From IMG/VR virus record IMGVR_UViG_3300032087_000460, positions 1-58,196 of that record: DNA of 58,196 bases. One strand, 5' to 3'. The notes beneath the pieces were generated by a model. That model made no database searches, had not been told where the DNA came from, and worked only from the letters and a program-made list of their open reading frames with translations. The stretch is from a virus. Its lineage: Duplodnaviria > Caudoviricetes. The first letter of the stretch is position 1. Each line of letters starts with the position of its first letter. Below, piece after piece: positions 27,548 to 37,257 of the stretch. The translations under genes and the position numbers were made by a program.

Positions 27548-27770
27548 TGACGTAAACAAACCAGAACATTACAACAAGACAGGCAGAGAGACTATTGAAA
27601 TTATATATGACTCCATGCTTGGTGATGAGTTTGAAGGATACTTAAAAGGTAATGTACTCAAGTATGTTACACGATACAGATTTAAACATGCGGAAGATCC
27701 ACTAAAGGATCTTTTAAAGGCCAGATGGTACTTAAATAAACTAATAGAAGTCGTAGAAAATAGAACATGA
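27540..27770 (+). CDS. DUF3310 (T7 gp1.7-like nucleotide kinase family) protein
   Basis: DVNKPEHY, GNVLKYVTRY, DLLKARWYL. Confidence 0.85.
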   Translation: MIDDVNKPEHYNKTGRETIEIIYDSMLGDEFEGYLKGNVLKYVTRYRFKHAEDPLKDLLKARWYLNKLIEVVENRT

Positions 27771-27931
27771 AAGTACGTATGATGATTACCATAGAGGTAG
27801 ATACTGAAGAGTATCCTATGCCGTCTGACGAGAACGTAGCGGCAGAGCTAGAACGTACCTTTACGGAAATGATCTACGATATTAATGGTCTAAACATTGT
27901 CGGCTTTAAATCAACACAGACGGGGAACTAA
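27767..27931 (+). CDS. Hypothetical protein (54 aa, not in the ORF track)
   Basis: MKVRMMITIEVDTEEYPMPSD...; ATGA overlap. Confidence 0.6.
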   Translation: MKVRMMITIEVDTEEYPMPSDENVAAELERTFTEMIYDINGLNIVGFKSTQTGN

Positions 27932-27932
27932 T

Positions 27933-29897
27933 ATGGGAAATATGCTACCTACCGATTACCAGAACTTTATTGCACTTAGTAGATATGCTAGATGGAAAGA
28001 TGATGAACAACGGCGTGAAAGCTGGGACGAGACTGTCAGCCGTTACTTTGACTATGTAGGAAATTATGTAAGTAAAAAGTTTAACTTTGACGAAAAGACT
28101 TTTGCTAAGTATCGTAAGGATCTAGAAGAAGGTGTTCTTAATCTTGATACTATGCCTTCGATGAGAGCAATGATGACGGCAGGTCCAGCATTGGATCGTT
28201 GTCACGTAGGTGCATACAACTGTAGTTACATACCAGTAGATAGCCCCCGTTCATTTGATGAGGCTATGTACATTCTTATGTGTGGTACTGGTGTAGGCTT
28301 TAGCGTAGAGCGTGAGAATGTAGACAAGCTGCCTATCGTCAACGAAGACTTTCACGATAGCAATACAATCATCATTGTAGACGACAGCAAAGCAGGCTGG
28401 TGTAAAGCCTTACGTGAATTGATTGCATGTCTGTATGCAGGTCAGGTACCTAAGTGGGACGTGTCACTTGTACGTCCAGCAGGTGCAAGGTTAAAGACAT
28501 TTGGTGGTAGAGCATCAGGTCCAGAACCATTAGAAGATTTATTTAACTTCTGTGTCGAGAAGTTCAAAGGTGCGGCAGGACGTAGATTGTATCCTGTAGA
28601 GGCACACGACATCATGTGTAAGATTGGTGAGATTGTAGTCGTCGGTGGTGTACGCCGTAGTGCATTGATTTCATTATCAAATCTTAACGATACATCTATG
28701 CGTAAAGCTAAGTCTGGTGAGTGGTGGGTGCATGAAGCCCAACGCGCATTAGCAAACAATAGTGTGTCATACAAAGAGAAACCTTCTATGGAAGTATTCT
28801 TTTCTGAGTGGCATTCACTCTATGAAAGCAAGTCTGGTGAACGCGGTATCTTTAACCGTCAGGCTGCTAAAAAGCAAGTATCTAAAAATGGTAGGCGCAG
28901 CAATTACTATGACGAAGAAGAGACCAAGCAGATTCAATGGGGTACGAATCCGTGTTCTGAAATTATATTACGTCCTTACCAGTTCTGCAATCTTTCCGAA
29001 GTTGTAGTACGTGCTACTGACTCTACGGAAACTCTGTTACGTAAGGTACGTAATGCAACTGTATTAGGAACATTCCAGTCTTGTCTGACTAACTTTAAGT
29101 ACCTTCGTTCCATATGGAAAAAGAATACAGAAGATGAAAGACTACTCGGCGTTAGCTTAACTGGAATTATGGATCATCCAGTTTTGAACGGTTCTAAAGG
29201 ACTTGACGAATGTGGTAGACTTCTGATACAATTACGAAATGAAGCTGTAAAAACCAACGCTAAGATTTCTAATGAATTAGGTATAAATCAGTCAGCAGCA
29301 ATCACTTGTGTTAAGCCTAGTGGTACTGTGTCACAATTAGTTGATAGTGCTAGTGGTATTCACGCCCGTCACAATCCACACTATATTCGTACAGTACGTG
29401 CTGACAATAAAGATCCTATGACACAGTTTATGATTGACTCAGGTATACCAGCAGAGCCAGACTTTATGAAACCAGAAAGCACAACAGTATTTTCGTTTCC
29501 TATGAAGTCGCCAAACAATGCAGTATGCCGCAATGATATGACTGCACTAGAGCATCTACAGTTATGGCTTACGTACCAAAACCATTGGTGCGAACATAAG
29601 CCAAGTATTACTGTGAGTGTACGTGAAGAAGAATGGCTGAAGGTTGGAGATTGGGTCTATGAAAACTTTGACAGTATTTCAGGTATTAGTTTCCTACCTC
29701 ACGTTGAGCATTCTTATAAGCAAGCTCCGTATCAAGATTGTTCTGAAGAGGACTACAAGGCGCTTATCGATAAGATGCCAAAGGCTATTGACTGGACTAA
29801 ACTTAGGGAGTACGAAAGAGAAGATAACACGTCTGGTTCGCAAGAACTCGCGTGTACGGCAGGTGTCTGCGAAGTCGTTGACATCTCCAGTAGATAA
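27933..29897 (+). CDS. nrdJ: Class II (adenosylcobalamin-dependent) ribonucleotide reductase
   Basis: YNCSY, TNPCSEI, CNLSE, TCVKPSGT, C-terminal ACTAGVCE; no small-subunit gene seen. Confidence 0.88.
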   Translation: MGNMLPTDYQNFIALSRYARWKDDEQRRESWDETVSRYFDYVGNYVSKKFNFDEKTFAKYRKDLEEGVLNLDTMPSMRAMMTAGPALDRCHVGAYNCSYIPVDSPRSFDEAMYILMCGTGVGFSVERENVDKLPIVNEDFHDSNTIIIVDDSKAGWCKALRELIACLYAGQVPKWDVSLVRPAGARLKTFGGRASGPEPLEDLFNFCVEKFKGAAGRRLYPVEAHDIMCKIGEIVVVGGVRRSALISLSNLNDTSMRKAKSGEWWVHEAQRALANNSVSYKEKPSMEVFFSEWHSLYESKSGERGIFNRQAAKKQVSKNGRRSNYYDEEETKQIQWGTNPCSEIILRPYQFCNLSEVVVRATDSTETLLRKVRNATVLGTFQSCLTNFKYLRSIWKKNTEDERLLGVSLTGIMDHPVLNGSKGLDECGRLLIQLRNEAVKTNAKISNELGINQSAAITCVKPSGTVSQLVDSASGIHARHNPHYIRTVRADNKDPMTQFMIDSGIPAEPDFMKPESTTVFSFPMKSPNNAVCRNDMTALEHLQLWLTYQNHWCEHKPSITVSVREEEWLKVGDWVYENFDSISGISFLPHVEHSYKQAPYQDCSEEDYKALIDKMPKAIDWTKLREYEREDNTSGSQELACTAGVCEVVDISSR

Positions 29898-29924
29898 AGC
29901 AACCGGAACTATGAGGGATGTACC

Positions 29925-30401
29925 TTGAGAGAAGTTGAGATAACAACCGAGATTATTGACAACGCCCGTGTAAAGGCTAAAGAACTCGGACTACTGAGAA
30001 ACTCAATAACTAGAGGAAAGGGAAACCTCATAGGTTTCATTGGTGAAGAAATAGCTCTTTCATGTTTAGGAGGTGAAGCTACAAACACATACGACTACGA
30101 TCTTACATTAGACAACGGTACTACCGTAGACGTAAAAACAAAAAGCACAAGTGTCACACCATTATCTCACTACGATTGTAGTGTAGCTGCTTACAATACT
30201 AAGCAGAAGTGTGACGCTTATGCCTTTGTTAGGGTCAAGAATGATCTAAGTGTTGGGTGGTACTTAGGAATATTACCTAAAGATACTTATTTAAACATTG
30301 CCGAAAGATTCGACAAAGGTGACGTAGATCCAGCAAACGGCTTTACAATAAAAGCAGATTGTTACAATGTCAAGATTTCGGAGTTACAGGATGCTATATG
30401 A
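29925..30401 (+). CDS. Hypothetical protein, PD-(D/E)XK-like
   Basis: GFIGE...YDYD...VDVKTK. Confidence 0.55.
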   Translation: MREVEITTEIIDNARVKAKELGLLRNSITRGKGNLIGFIGEEIALSCLGGEATNTYDYDLTLDNGTTVDVKTKSTSVTPLSHYDCSVAAYNTKQKCDAYAFVRVKNDLSVGWYLGILPKDTYLNIAERFDKGDVDPANGFTIKADCYNVKISELQDAI

Positions 30402-30643
30402 AAAAGAATTACGATAAACAAAAGATTAAAAAGAAAGAGCCTGTATACCCTCAATATCAAGTAGGGTATGAGGCTTTTTTTAGTAAGGCACAAAGACTAA
30501 AACGTGTAGGTGACGCTACAGTTATTGTAACCGCTTGCCCATACAGAAAGTACACTATGGGAGCGCGTGAGTGGCAAAGAGGCTATGACAATGCCTACTT
30601 TGACAATCTGGAGAAGTTACGTGACTCTAATAGACGACGTTAG
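30398..30643 (+). CDS. Hypothetical protein
   Basis: GYEAF...CPY...REWQRGY pattern. Confidence 0.6.
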   Translation: MKKNYDKQKIKKKEPVYPQYQVGYEAFFSKAQRLKRVGDATVIVTACPYRKYTMGAREWQRGYDNAYFDNLEKLRDSNRRR

Positions 30644-31007
30644 AAAATTTATGGAAGAGAAAGGTGCGGCTATGACCTTTGAGGAATACCAGAAGTTTTG
30701 TAAGACAACCGCTATTTATCCAGACGGTACTAAATTAATGTACCCTGCATTAGGTCTTACTGGTGAGGCTGGTGAGGTAGCTAATAAGATTAAGAAGCTT
30801 GTACGAGATGGTGTACCTAAAGACGCACAAGAAGCTGCTAATGTTAAAGAACAGATAGCTGCTGAACTCGGTGACGTACTATGGTACTGTGCTGCACTAG
30901 CTAGTGACCTAGATGTTTCACTAGGCCGCGTAGCTAAGAACAACATGGATAAGCTTACGTCACGTAAAGAACGTGGTAAGATTGGCGGGTCAGGCGATAA
31001 CCGTTAG
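30621..31007 (+). CDS. mazG: MazG-like nucleotide pyrophosphohydrolase
   Basis: LGLTGEAGEVANKIKK, ELGDVLWY, KLTSRKERG..GGSGDNR; start uncertain. Confidence 0.9.
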   Translation: MTLIDDVRKFMEEKGAAMTFEEYQKFCKTTAIYPDGTKLMYPALGLTGEAGEVANKIKKLVRDGVPKDAQEAANVKEQIAAELGDVLWYCAALASDLDVSLGRVAKNNMDKLTSRKERGKIGGSGDNR

Positions 31008-34000
31008 CGCGTACCGAAAGAGGCTTGCTTTCTCTTCTCAAGCATTGAATCTAATGCTGAAAGAGCTAGACCATAAGACCTCTGTTCTACTATACTATCG
31101 CCTCTAAGGAACAGATAGTCTATAGAAGAAAGTAACTCACCTCTATTAGCCTTGTCTATTGCTTCAAGATGTTTCTGTTGGAACAATCTCTCAATAGATG
31201 AGGCATCTGCTTCTGAACTCTTTTTGTCCCATCTAACTTTCATTTCGTCATTGGTTAGATGATACAGTTCAAACTCAGCTAGTTGAGAATATGCATCTGA
31301 CAATTCTTCTGTACTAGCATTTTCCCTCTTTAACTTTTCAATCACTACACGCATAGCGGATGCTTTTGCATCTGCCTCTTGTGCTGCCTCACTGTTAGCT
31401 GCATCTTTGGTGTAGCCTCTATACTGTTTAGTTCTTTGTTTTACGAGACTACGCTGTCTATTTAGTTTTTCTTGTTGGGTCATTTTAACACCCAACTCAT
31501 TAACGTCAGAGTTGTATTCTTCTGACCCAAACAGATCTTTAAAACCTTCTACAGCATAGTGACCAAAGTATTTAGCCTGTCTGTTGTCTAATCTAGAAGA
31601 CCCTGTGTACGGAAGCATATCGCCTCTCTTCACACCTATACGCTGCATTTCAAGCTCAAGCTCACTATTTTTTTGTGAATAGGTGATACCTACAAAACGT
31701 GCTATGGGTGACTTACGCATCTTCTCAGCATTGTCTAATAGATATTTTTTTGTAGGAAATGTTTGCTGAACGTCATAGCCAAATATGTTTTCTGGCAAGT
31801 AAGAATTAACGGCACGGGCAGTCAACTTAGTAGTGAAACTTTCGTCTTCAATACCAGCACGTATGTCCTTCTGTGTATTCTCTACAGCTATTTGATCGGC
31901 AACGTCCTTGAACATTTTAAGCGGCGTTAAGAAACCACCTAAGTACTCTGCCGAAAACTCAGACAGCCTATCGTTATTCTTTTGTGCTGCAGTAGAGTCC
32001 CACTCAAAGCCTGTTGCAAGAGTACTAAACCCTTCCAAAAGCCTATTTACATTTTCACCACTACGTACAGGGAAGCCTGACATAGTTTCAAGGTACATCT
32101 TACGATCTTGTGCGCTTCTATTTCTCGGAACCTTTTCTTGTATTAGATTGGTGCCTAAGAAATTATCTGCATCGATTAGAAACTCTGCTGCTGCTGCATA
32201 AGAACTCAAGGGCCACATAGCGCGTATGTCTACACCACCCATATCATACCACGGAGTATTATCCTCTTTGTTAGCTAAATGATTTACCATGAAAGCCATA
32301 GTCGATGTTCCAATGGCAGCTTTAGCATAAGCTTCCCTTTGTGCATCGCCAAACGCACCTTTAATAGGACCAGTTTCAGCCTTAGCTATACCATGAAACA
32401 TTTTAGCCGCAGCATTTGCAGGACTGTATTCATACATAGTTCTAAGTGAGTTAACGAAGAAGCGGGGAAACGGCATTACAACACTACTAACAGGCCGTGT
32501 TACTTCCATAAACGACAAGAAAACTTTAGCAGGTTTAAGTTCTGGGTTAGCTGCAAATGTCATTTTAAGTGCGTCTTCTGTAGCACCAGCTATAAGTTTC
32601 TTATCTAGTATACGACCAGACTCAACAAACTGCATTACATTTTTTATTTGACCACCCGCATAAGGGCTTCCGTGTTTAGCTTCATAATCCCTTAAAAACT
32701 TTTTAAACCTTTTGTCCAAAGAAGACATATAAAATGCCCTACGGAAAAATGAATCTGATGCCATGTTAAAATGATTAAGTGTTTCAATGTATCCGTTTGC
32801 TGCTCTAGCAAACTTATCTTTACCACTAGCAAACATATCAGGTTGATTACGTATCAACTGTCTATGTAAAGCAGGAGTATACTCCATAGTAGCATCAATC
32901 AATGTCTGACTTTTGGTAGTGTTCATAACACCATACAATACAGAAGCAGAGTCTGACAGTACGTCTTTAACGCCTTTTGCTACACCAGCACCAGCTTTAC
33001 TAAAGTTACCTTGTGCCGCGTTTTGTAGCCCACGTCCTATTTGATACATGGCACTATCTATAAAGTTTACACCTGTTTGACCAGCTACCATCATACCACC
33101 GGACATAATGTTTCGTGACGTAGTAACTAGCTGTGACGTTAAAGACGCAACTCTAACTCGATCTAAGGTTTTAATTGCACCACCAGCAGTAAACATTGCT
33201 TCCATAACTTTAGATCTTTTATTTTCTAAATAGTTGTCTAGTATCTTACGCATCTCTGCGTCTACATTTGGATATACGTCACCAAAGAACTCGCGTTTTA
33301 ACCTACTAGCACTATGCATTAACGTAGCACCAGTACTCATAGACTTTCTTGTTATGTCACCAGCAGATACTGCGCCGTTAGTGTAGTAGGACATAAATGT
33401 CATAAAGTCTTTTTTACTTATGCCGCTCTTAGCAATGCTTTCGTCAAGAACGGCAAGCACAGATTTCTCTTGCTCTTGTGTAAGCTCTCTAGCGAACTTA
33501 CCCCCAAACAAATTTTCTATGCCGTTTAAACCGTCAGAGATAGCCGCTGTTATGCGCGTAGGCCTTGTCTTATCCGAAGGTAGCAGACCTCTGTATGTAG
33601 CCGCTGCTGACTCACCTAATACATCCAGCATACCAATGCGGTCTAGATCTTTCTGTAGTTGAATTGATACGCGACCTATACTCTCAAATACATCAGCCCT
33701 TTGTAAGGCGTCTATAGCTTTCCTCTGATATTCTTCAGGTACATTGTCAATAAGTACAAAGTCCTTTACAACTTTGTCCATCAGAGGTTCTACTTTCGCT
33801 CTTTTTAAAGCTTTATCTGCAGCATCAGCAAGAGCTATTGTAGCTACGTCATATTCACCCGTTGATGGGCTTGACGTAACAGCGTCTACTGCATCAGTAG
33901 TTTTGTTAAAATCTTTTTGTGCCTGTTTAATATTATTAAAGTTAGTCTCACGGGCCTTATTAAACTTAGCAATCTTTCTAGAGGCTGCAATACCTTCTGG

Positions 34001-34966
34001 TATACCACTGGCCATACCAAGTCCCGTAGCAATACCCATTCTTGTGTAATCTAGCTCAAGTTCGTTTGGATCTACAGTGGGATCATACTGGCCTGTTGTA
34101 GGATCTATTCTTCCTATACGCTCTACGTTTTGTCGCATAGCGTCATCTGCAGCAGCCAAACCACCACTTATAACTGTAGCCCGTGCCATAGGTTTAACAG
34201 CTACGTTTTTAACTAAGAAGTTTCTAATGGCAGATGTTGACGCAGCCCTCACAGCAGTTACACCAGCCGCAACACCTGTCGCAGTACCAACACCCGGAGC
34301 AGCTAGAGTACCCAATGCACCAGAGCCAAGTATAGTAAGTACGTTACTTACAGATGTACCACCGTACCATATAGCGTCACCGACAGCTTGAAGTCTGTCT
34401 AGGTTATCCATTTCGTCACTGAATAGATCTGGTGCTTTTTGATCAATGGTAGAAAACACGTCACCAAAAAGAAGTTTAGTGTCATTGTCTGCGTCTTTGA
34501 GATACGCTAGTTGATCTACTAAATAGACATCATTATACATAAAGGCTCTGTAATGATTTGACATGAACCTTTCTAGATATTCTTCGTTAGTTTCGTCTTC
34601 AAGCCTAGCACCTTGCTCTACACGATTGGTATAGTAGGTCTCTACTTTCTTCATAAAGTTCTCGTCTTCACTGAGAGCCTTTATGGTAAGTGTGCCGTCA
34701 CTGTCTTCATCTCTAGCTTGAATAGGCGCACCGTAATCAAACTTAGGTGTTAGTGCCTGTTCTGTTTCTGAAGGTGCAGGAGGTTGTTGACCTTTAACTA
34801 TACTGTCAAAATAGTTTTCAAACTCCTCCGTTTCTTCTTGCTCTACAAGTTCAACTTCTGATACAGAAACTGGCGCAACCTCTTCTCCCATTGAAGAAGT
34901 CTTATCACCCACCATACTGTCAAAATATCTTTCAAACTCTTCAGTCTGATTGTCTAATTCAGCCAT
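31004..34966 (-). CDS. Large internal virion / ejection protein
   Basis: 1320 aa, helical, last gene of the structural arm; PFPRF motif. Confidence 0.65.
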   Translation of the reverse strand: MAELDNQTEEFERYFDSMVGDKTSSMGEEVAPVSVSEVELVEQEETEEFENYFDSIVKGQQPPAPSETEQALTPKFDYGAPIQARDEDSDGTLTIKALSEDENFMKKVETYYTNRVEQGARLEDETNEEYLERFMSNHYRAFMYNDVYLVDQLAYLKDADNDTKLLFGDVFSTIDQKAPDLFSDEMDNLDRLQAVGDAIWYGGTSVSNVLTILGSGALGTLAAPGVGTATGVAAGVTAVRAASTSAIRNFLVKNVAVKPMARATVISGGLAAADDAMRQNVERIGRIDPTTGQYDPTVDPNELELDYTRMGIATGLGMASGIPEGIAASRKIAKFNKARETNFNNIKQAQKDFNKTTDAVDAVTSSPSTGEYDVATIALADAADKALKRAKVEPLMDKVVKDFVLIDNVPEEYQRKAIDALQRADVFESIGRVSIQLQKDLDRIGMLDVLGESAAATYRGLLPSDKTRPTRITAAISDGLNGIENLFGGKFARELTQEQEKSVLAVLDESIAKSGISKKDFMTFMSYYTNGAVSAGDITRKSMSTGATLMHSASRLKREFFGDVYPNVDAEMRKILDNYLENKRSKVMEAMFTAGGAIKTLDRVRVASLTSQLVTTSRNIMSGGMMVAGQTGVNFIDSAMYQIGRGLQNAAQGNFSKAGAGVAKGVKDVLSDSASVLYGVMNTTKSQTLIDATMEYTPALHRQLIRNQPDMFASGKDKFARAANGYIETLNHFNMASDSFFRRAFYMSSLDKRFKKFLRDYEAKHGSPYAGGQIKNVMQFVESGRILDKKLIAGATEDALKMTFAANPELKPAKVFLSFMEVTRPVSSVVMPFPRFFVNSLRTMYEYSPANAAAKMFHGIAKAETGPIKGAFGDAQREAYAKAAIGTSTMAFMVNHLANKEDNTPWYDMGGVDIRAMWPLSSYAAAAEFLIDADNFLGTNLIQEKVPRNRSAQDRKMYLETMSGFPVRSGENVNRLLEGFSTLATGFEWDSTAAQKNNDRLSEFSAEYLGGFLTPLKMFKDVADQIAVENTQKDIRAGIEDESFTTKLTARAVNSYLPENIFGYDVQQTFPTKKYLLDNAEKMRKSPIARFVGITYSQKNSELELEMQRIGVKRGDMLPYTGSSRLDNRQAKYFGHYAVEGFKDLFGSEEYNSDVNELGVKMTQQEKLNRQRSLVKQRTKQYRGYTKDAANSEAAQEADAKASAMRVVIEKLKRENASTEELSDAYSQLAEFELYHLTNDEMKVRWDKKSSEADASSIERLFQQKHLEAIDKANRGELLSSIDYLFLRGDSIVEQRSYGLALSALDSMLEKRKQASFGTR

Positions 34967-34979
34967 AAATTTTTCCTTA

Positions 34980-36416
34980 TTACTGGTATGTTGGGGCTAT
35001 ACCAAATTCTTGTTGGAACATATTGTTAAAATTATTAGAGTCTATTAGTCTGTCGGGTACAAAATAACCTCTAGACATTATAGCACCAAAAGCCTTTTTA
35101 GTTTTTGTAACATATTTTTGACTAATCTGTTTATTTGCACCTTTCATATTGAAATAGTCTATGATGTACTTATGTGCAACTAGATTAGGATTATTCTGAA
35201 ACATTGTATATTCTTCTGACCCACGATCTATGCCTTTTAAATAATCCATGAGCGCTGTATAATCACCGTCTATACCGAGACGGTTGCTGTATGCTTCGTC
35301 TAGACGTTCTTTATTCAATACATTTGAAGCGCCCATAAGTATTTTATTTTCATCTTTTTGGCTTAATTTTCCTCCAGCTATTCTTCGTGCAGAAGCAGCT
35401 AATTGATATGCAGTTTCTTGTTTAGCCGCAAAAGAAACATCAGCACTTGGGTCCATATTTCTATCTTGTATACTAAACAGCTTTTGCATTTGTGGGCTAG
35501 TGATATAGGTTTGATATGTGCCAGTTTTTTCTCCCGCTGCTTTTATAGTAGTACCAATATAGGTAGTTGTAGCTCCCATACTGACGCCTTCTGCTTTTTC
35601 TCTAGCCAAAGCTTCTGCAGTAATATTATCATAGTATTGTTTTTTGGCAAACTCTGATGCAGCCGTAAGCTCTTTTATACGTTCTGGAGAAGCGCCTTTC
35701 TTTATTGCGTCTTGTAATTCACCTGCAGATCTAAACATTTGATTTTGAAAGGACTCAATCCGTACTTTTGGAGTTAACTTAGGAAGTCCTACAGAAGGTA
35801 AAGCCGCACCCTCGTCGTATCTTTCTGTTAAGCCTGCAGCCTCACCCAATTTTCTGCCTTCTTCAGCCTGTTTCCGTAAAGATGCTGGTGTACCGGAAGG
35901 TGCAAATATAGAGTCAGATTGATAGTCTGTAGGACTATAATACGTATCCCATTGCTTCGGACGTAAATAGCTTGGCACAAGAGCGCCAGACACAGTGTCT
36001 AGAGACATCCGCTCTAACTGCTTTGGGTCCATCTTAGACGTAAATTCAAAGTTTACACTGTCACTATTTCTTGCATAGTTTTCGTCAAGTGTATTGAGAT
36101 ATTGATTTGCGGCTTCTACTGTCGTATAGCTTTTTGCAATGTTTGCAGATGCTGCGAGCCTTTCTTGCTCACTACCAAACTTATCAGAGTACTGAGCTAA
36201 TCTAGCGTCAATAGCAGACACAAGATTTCTTTTGTTTTCTTTTGCGGCATCATATTTATCTTTGTCGTTTTTAGCAAAGATCAAAGCTTGCTGCATAAGT
36301 TTGTCTCTACGTGCGCGTTCCTCTGCAATACGCTCGTCTTGAGCTTTAGCACCTGCAGCTAGACCTTCACCTATACCCGCAAAACCAGCGGCAAGCATAC
36401 GTCCAAATAAAGCCAT
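34980..36416 (-). CDS. Putative internal virion / ejection protein
   Basis: Gly/Ala-rich N-terminus then coiled coil; position. Confidence 0.55.
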   Translation of the reverse strand: MALFGRMLAAGFAGIGEGLAAGAKAQDERIAEERARRDKLMQQALIFAKNDKDKYDAAKENKRNLVSAIDARLAQYSDKFGSEQERLAASANIAKSYTTVEAANQYLNTLDENYARNSDSVNFEFTSKMDPKQLERMSLDTVSGALVPSYLRPKQWDTYYSPTDYQSDSIFAPSGTPASLRKQAEEGRKLGEAAGLTERYDEGAALPSVGLPKLTPKVRIESFQNQMFRSAGELQDAIKKGASPERIKELTAASEFAKKQYYDNITAEALAREKAEGVSMGATTTYIGTTIKAAGEKTGTYQTYITSPQMQKLFSIQDRNMDPSADVSFAAKQETAYQLAASARRIAGGKLSQKDENKILMGASNVLNKERLDEAYSNRLGIDGDYTALMDYLKGIDRGSEEYTMFQNNPNLVAHKYIIDYFNMKGANKQISQKYVTKTKKAFGAIMSRGYFVPDRLIDSNNFNNMFQQEFGIAPTYQ

Positions 36417-36419
36417 GTT

Positions 36420-36959
36420 TTATCTCCGCGCCATTAAACCAGCAGGCGCTGCCGCCTGTTCAATTTGTTCCGGCATTTCGTCCATCATAGGTTCTTCTTC
36501 ATCTAAACCCATAACGTCTTCATACTCAGGTTCTATACCTTGTTCAGCCTGTACAGCAGACTTAGCAAGATCTACAAAATGATCCTCTGACTCCTCAGAT
36601 CCAGTAGGTAATCCCATATCATATTCAACGTCATACATATCACCGATAAGTGCTACTGTTTCCATTACAACAGGAAGAACCAGAACACCTACGTCAATAC
36701 TGTGCCTACCTTCAGCTACACCACTAGTGACTAAAAATTCAGCAAAATCAGATACACGCCTGCCTCTGTCTAAATTAGCGGCAATACGTGGCATAATCTG
36801 TGGGTTTAAAAGCTGCTGCATATAGAACTGTATGTTCTCTTCAACCGTAGGCATCATAGGTGGTTGCTCATACGGTTTAGCACCTAGCTCACCAGTTAGA
36901 CTTTCACCCGGAACAGCAACGTCATAATCTGCTTGAGTAGCTGGATCTTGTCTTACCAT
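36420..36959 (-). CDS. Acidic virion-associated protein
   Basis: PGESLT...PYEQPP; ends in GLMARR. Confidence 0.6.
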   Translation of the reverse strand: MVRQDPATQADYDVAVPGESLTGELGAKPYEQPPMMPTVEENIQFYMQQLLNPQIMPRIAANLDRGRRVSDFAEFLVTSGVAEGRHSIDVGVLVLPVVMETVALIGDMYDVEYDMGLPTGSEESEDHFVDLAKSAVQAEQGIEPEYEDVMGLDEEEPMMDEMPEQIEQAAAPAGLMARR

Positions 36960-37243
36960 TAGGTTTTCCCTTTACTTTGTCTTAAATCGCGTCTTGCTTT
37001 AGCTACGTCTAAAAACGCCTGTTGCTCTGCTCTAAGCTGTGGTGCTGGCCTACGAGCCTGCTCTTTATTGTCACGCTGTAAAAGGCCACCCTTATTAAAT
37101 GCAACACTTGGACTAGTATCGGACGCTACGTCTCTATTAAGCCAATCATCTGGCTGTTCTATTGCCGCAGCTAAATTAGAAAATGCATTTATATATACAT
37201 TGCCTGCGTTAAGACCCGGAGGTGTTTGTTTTGGAGTTGCCAT
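36959..37243 (-). CDS. Hypothetical virion protein
   Basis: 94 aa with FNKGGLL. Confidence 0.6.
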   Translation of the reverse strand: MATPKQTPPGLNAGNVYINAFSNLAAAIEQPDDWLNRDVASDTSPSVAFNKGGLLQRDNKEQARRPAPQLRAEQQAFLDVAKARRDLRQSKGKT

Positions 37244-37257
37244 TATTTAGTCCTTAC

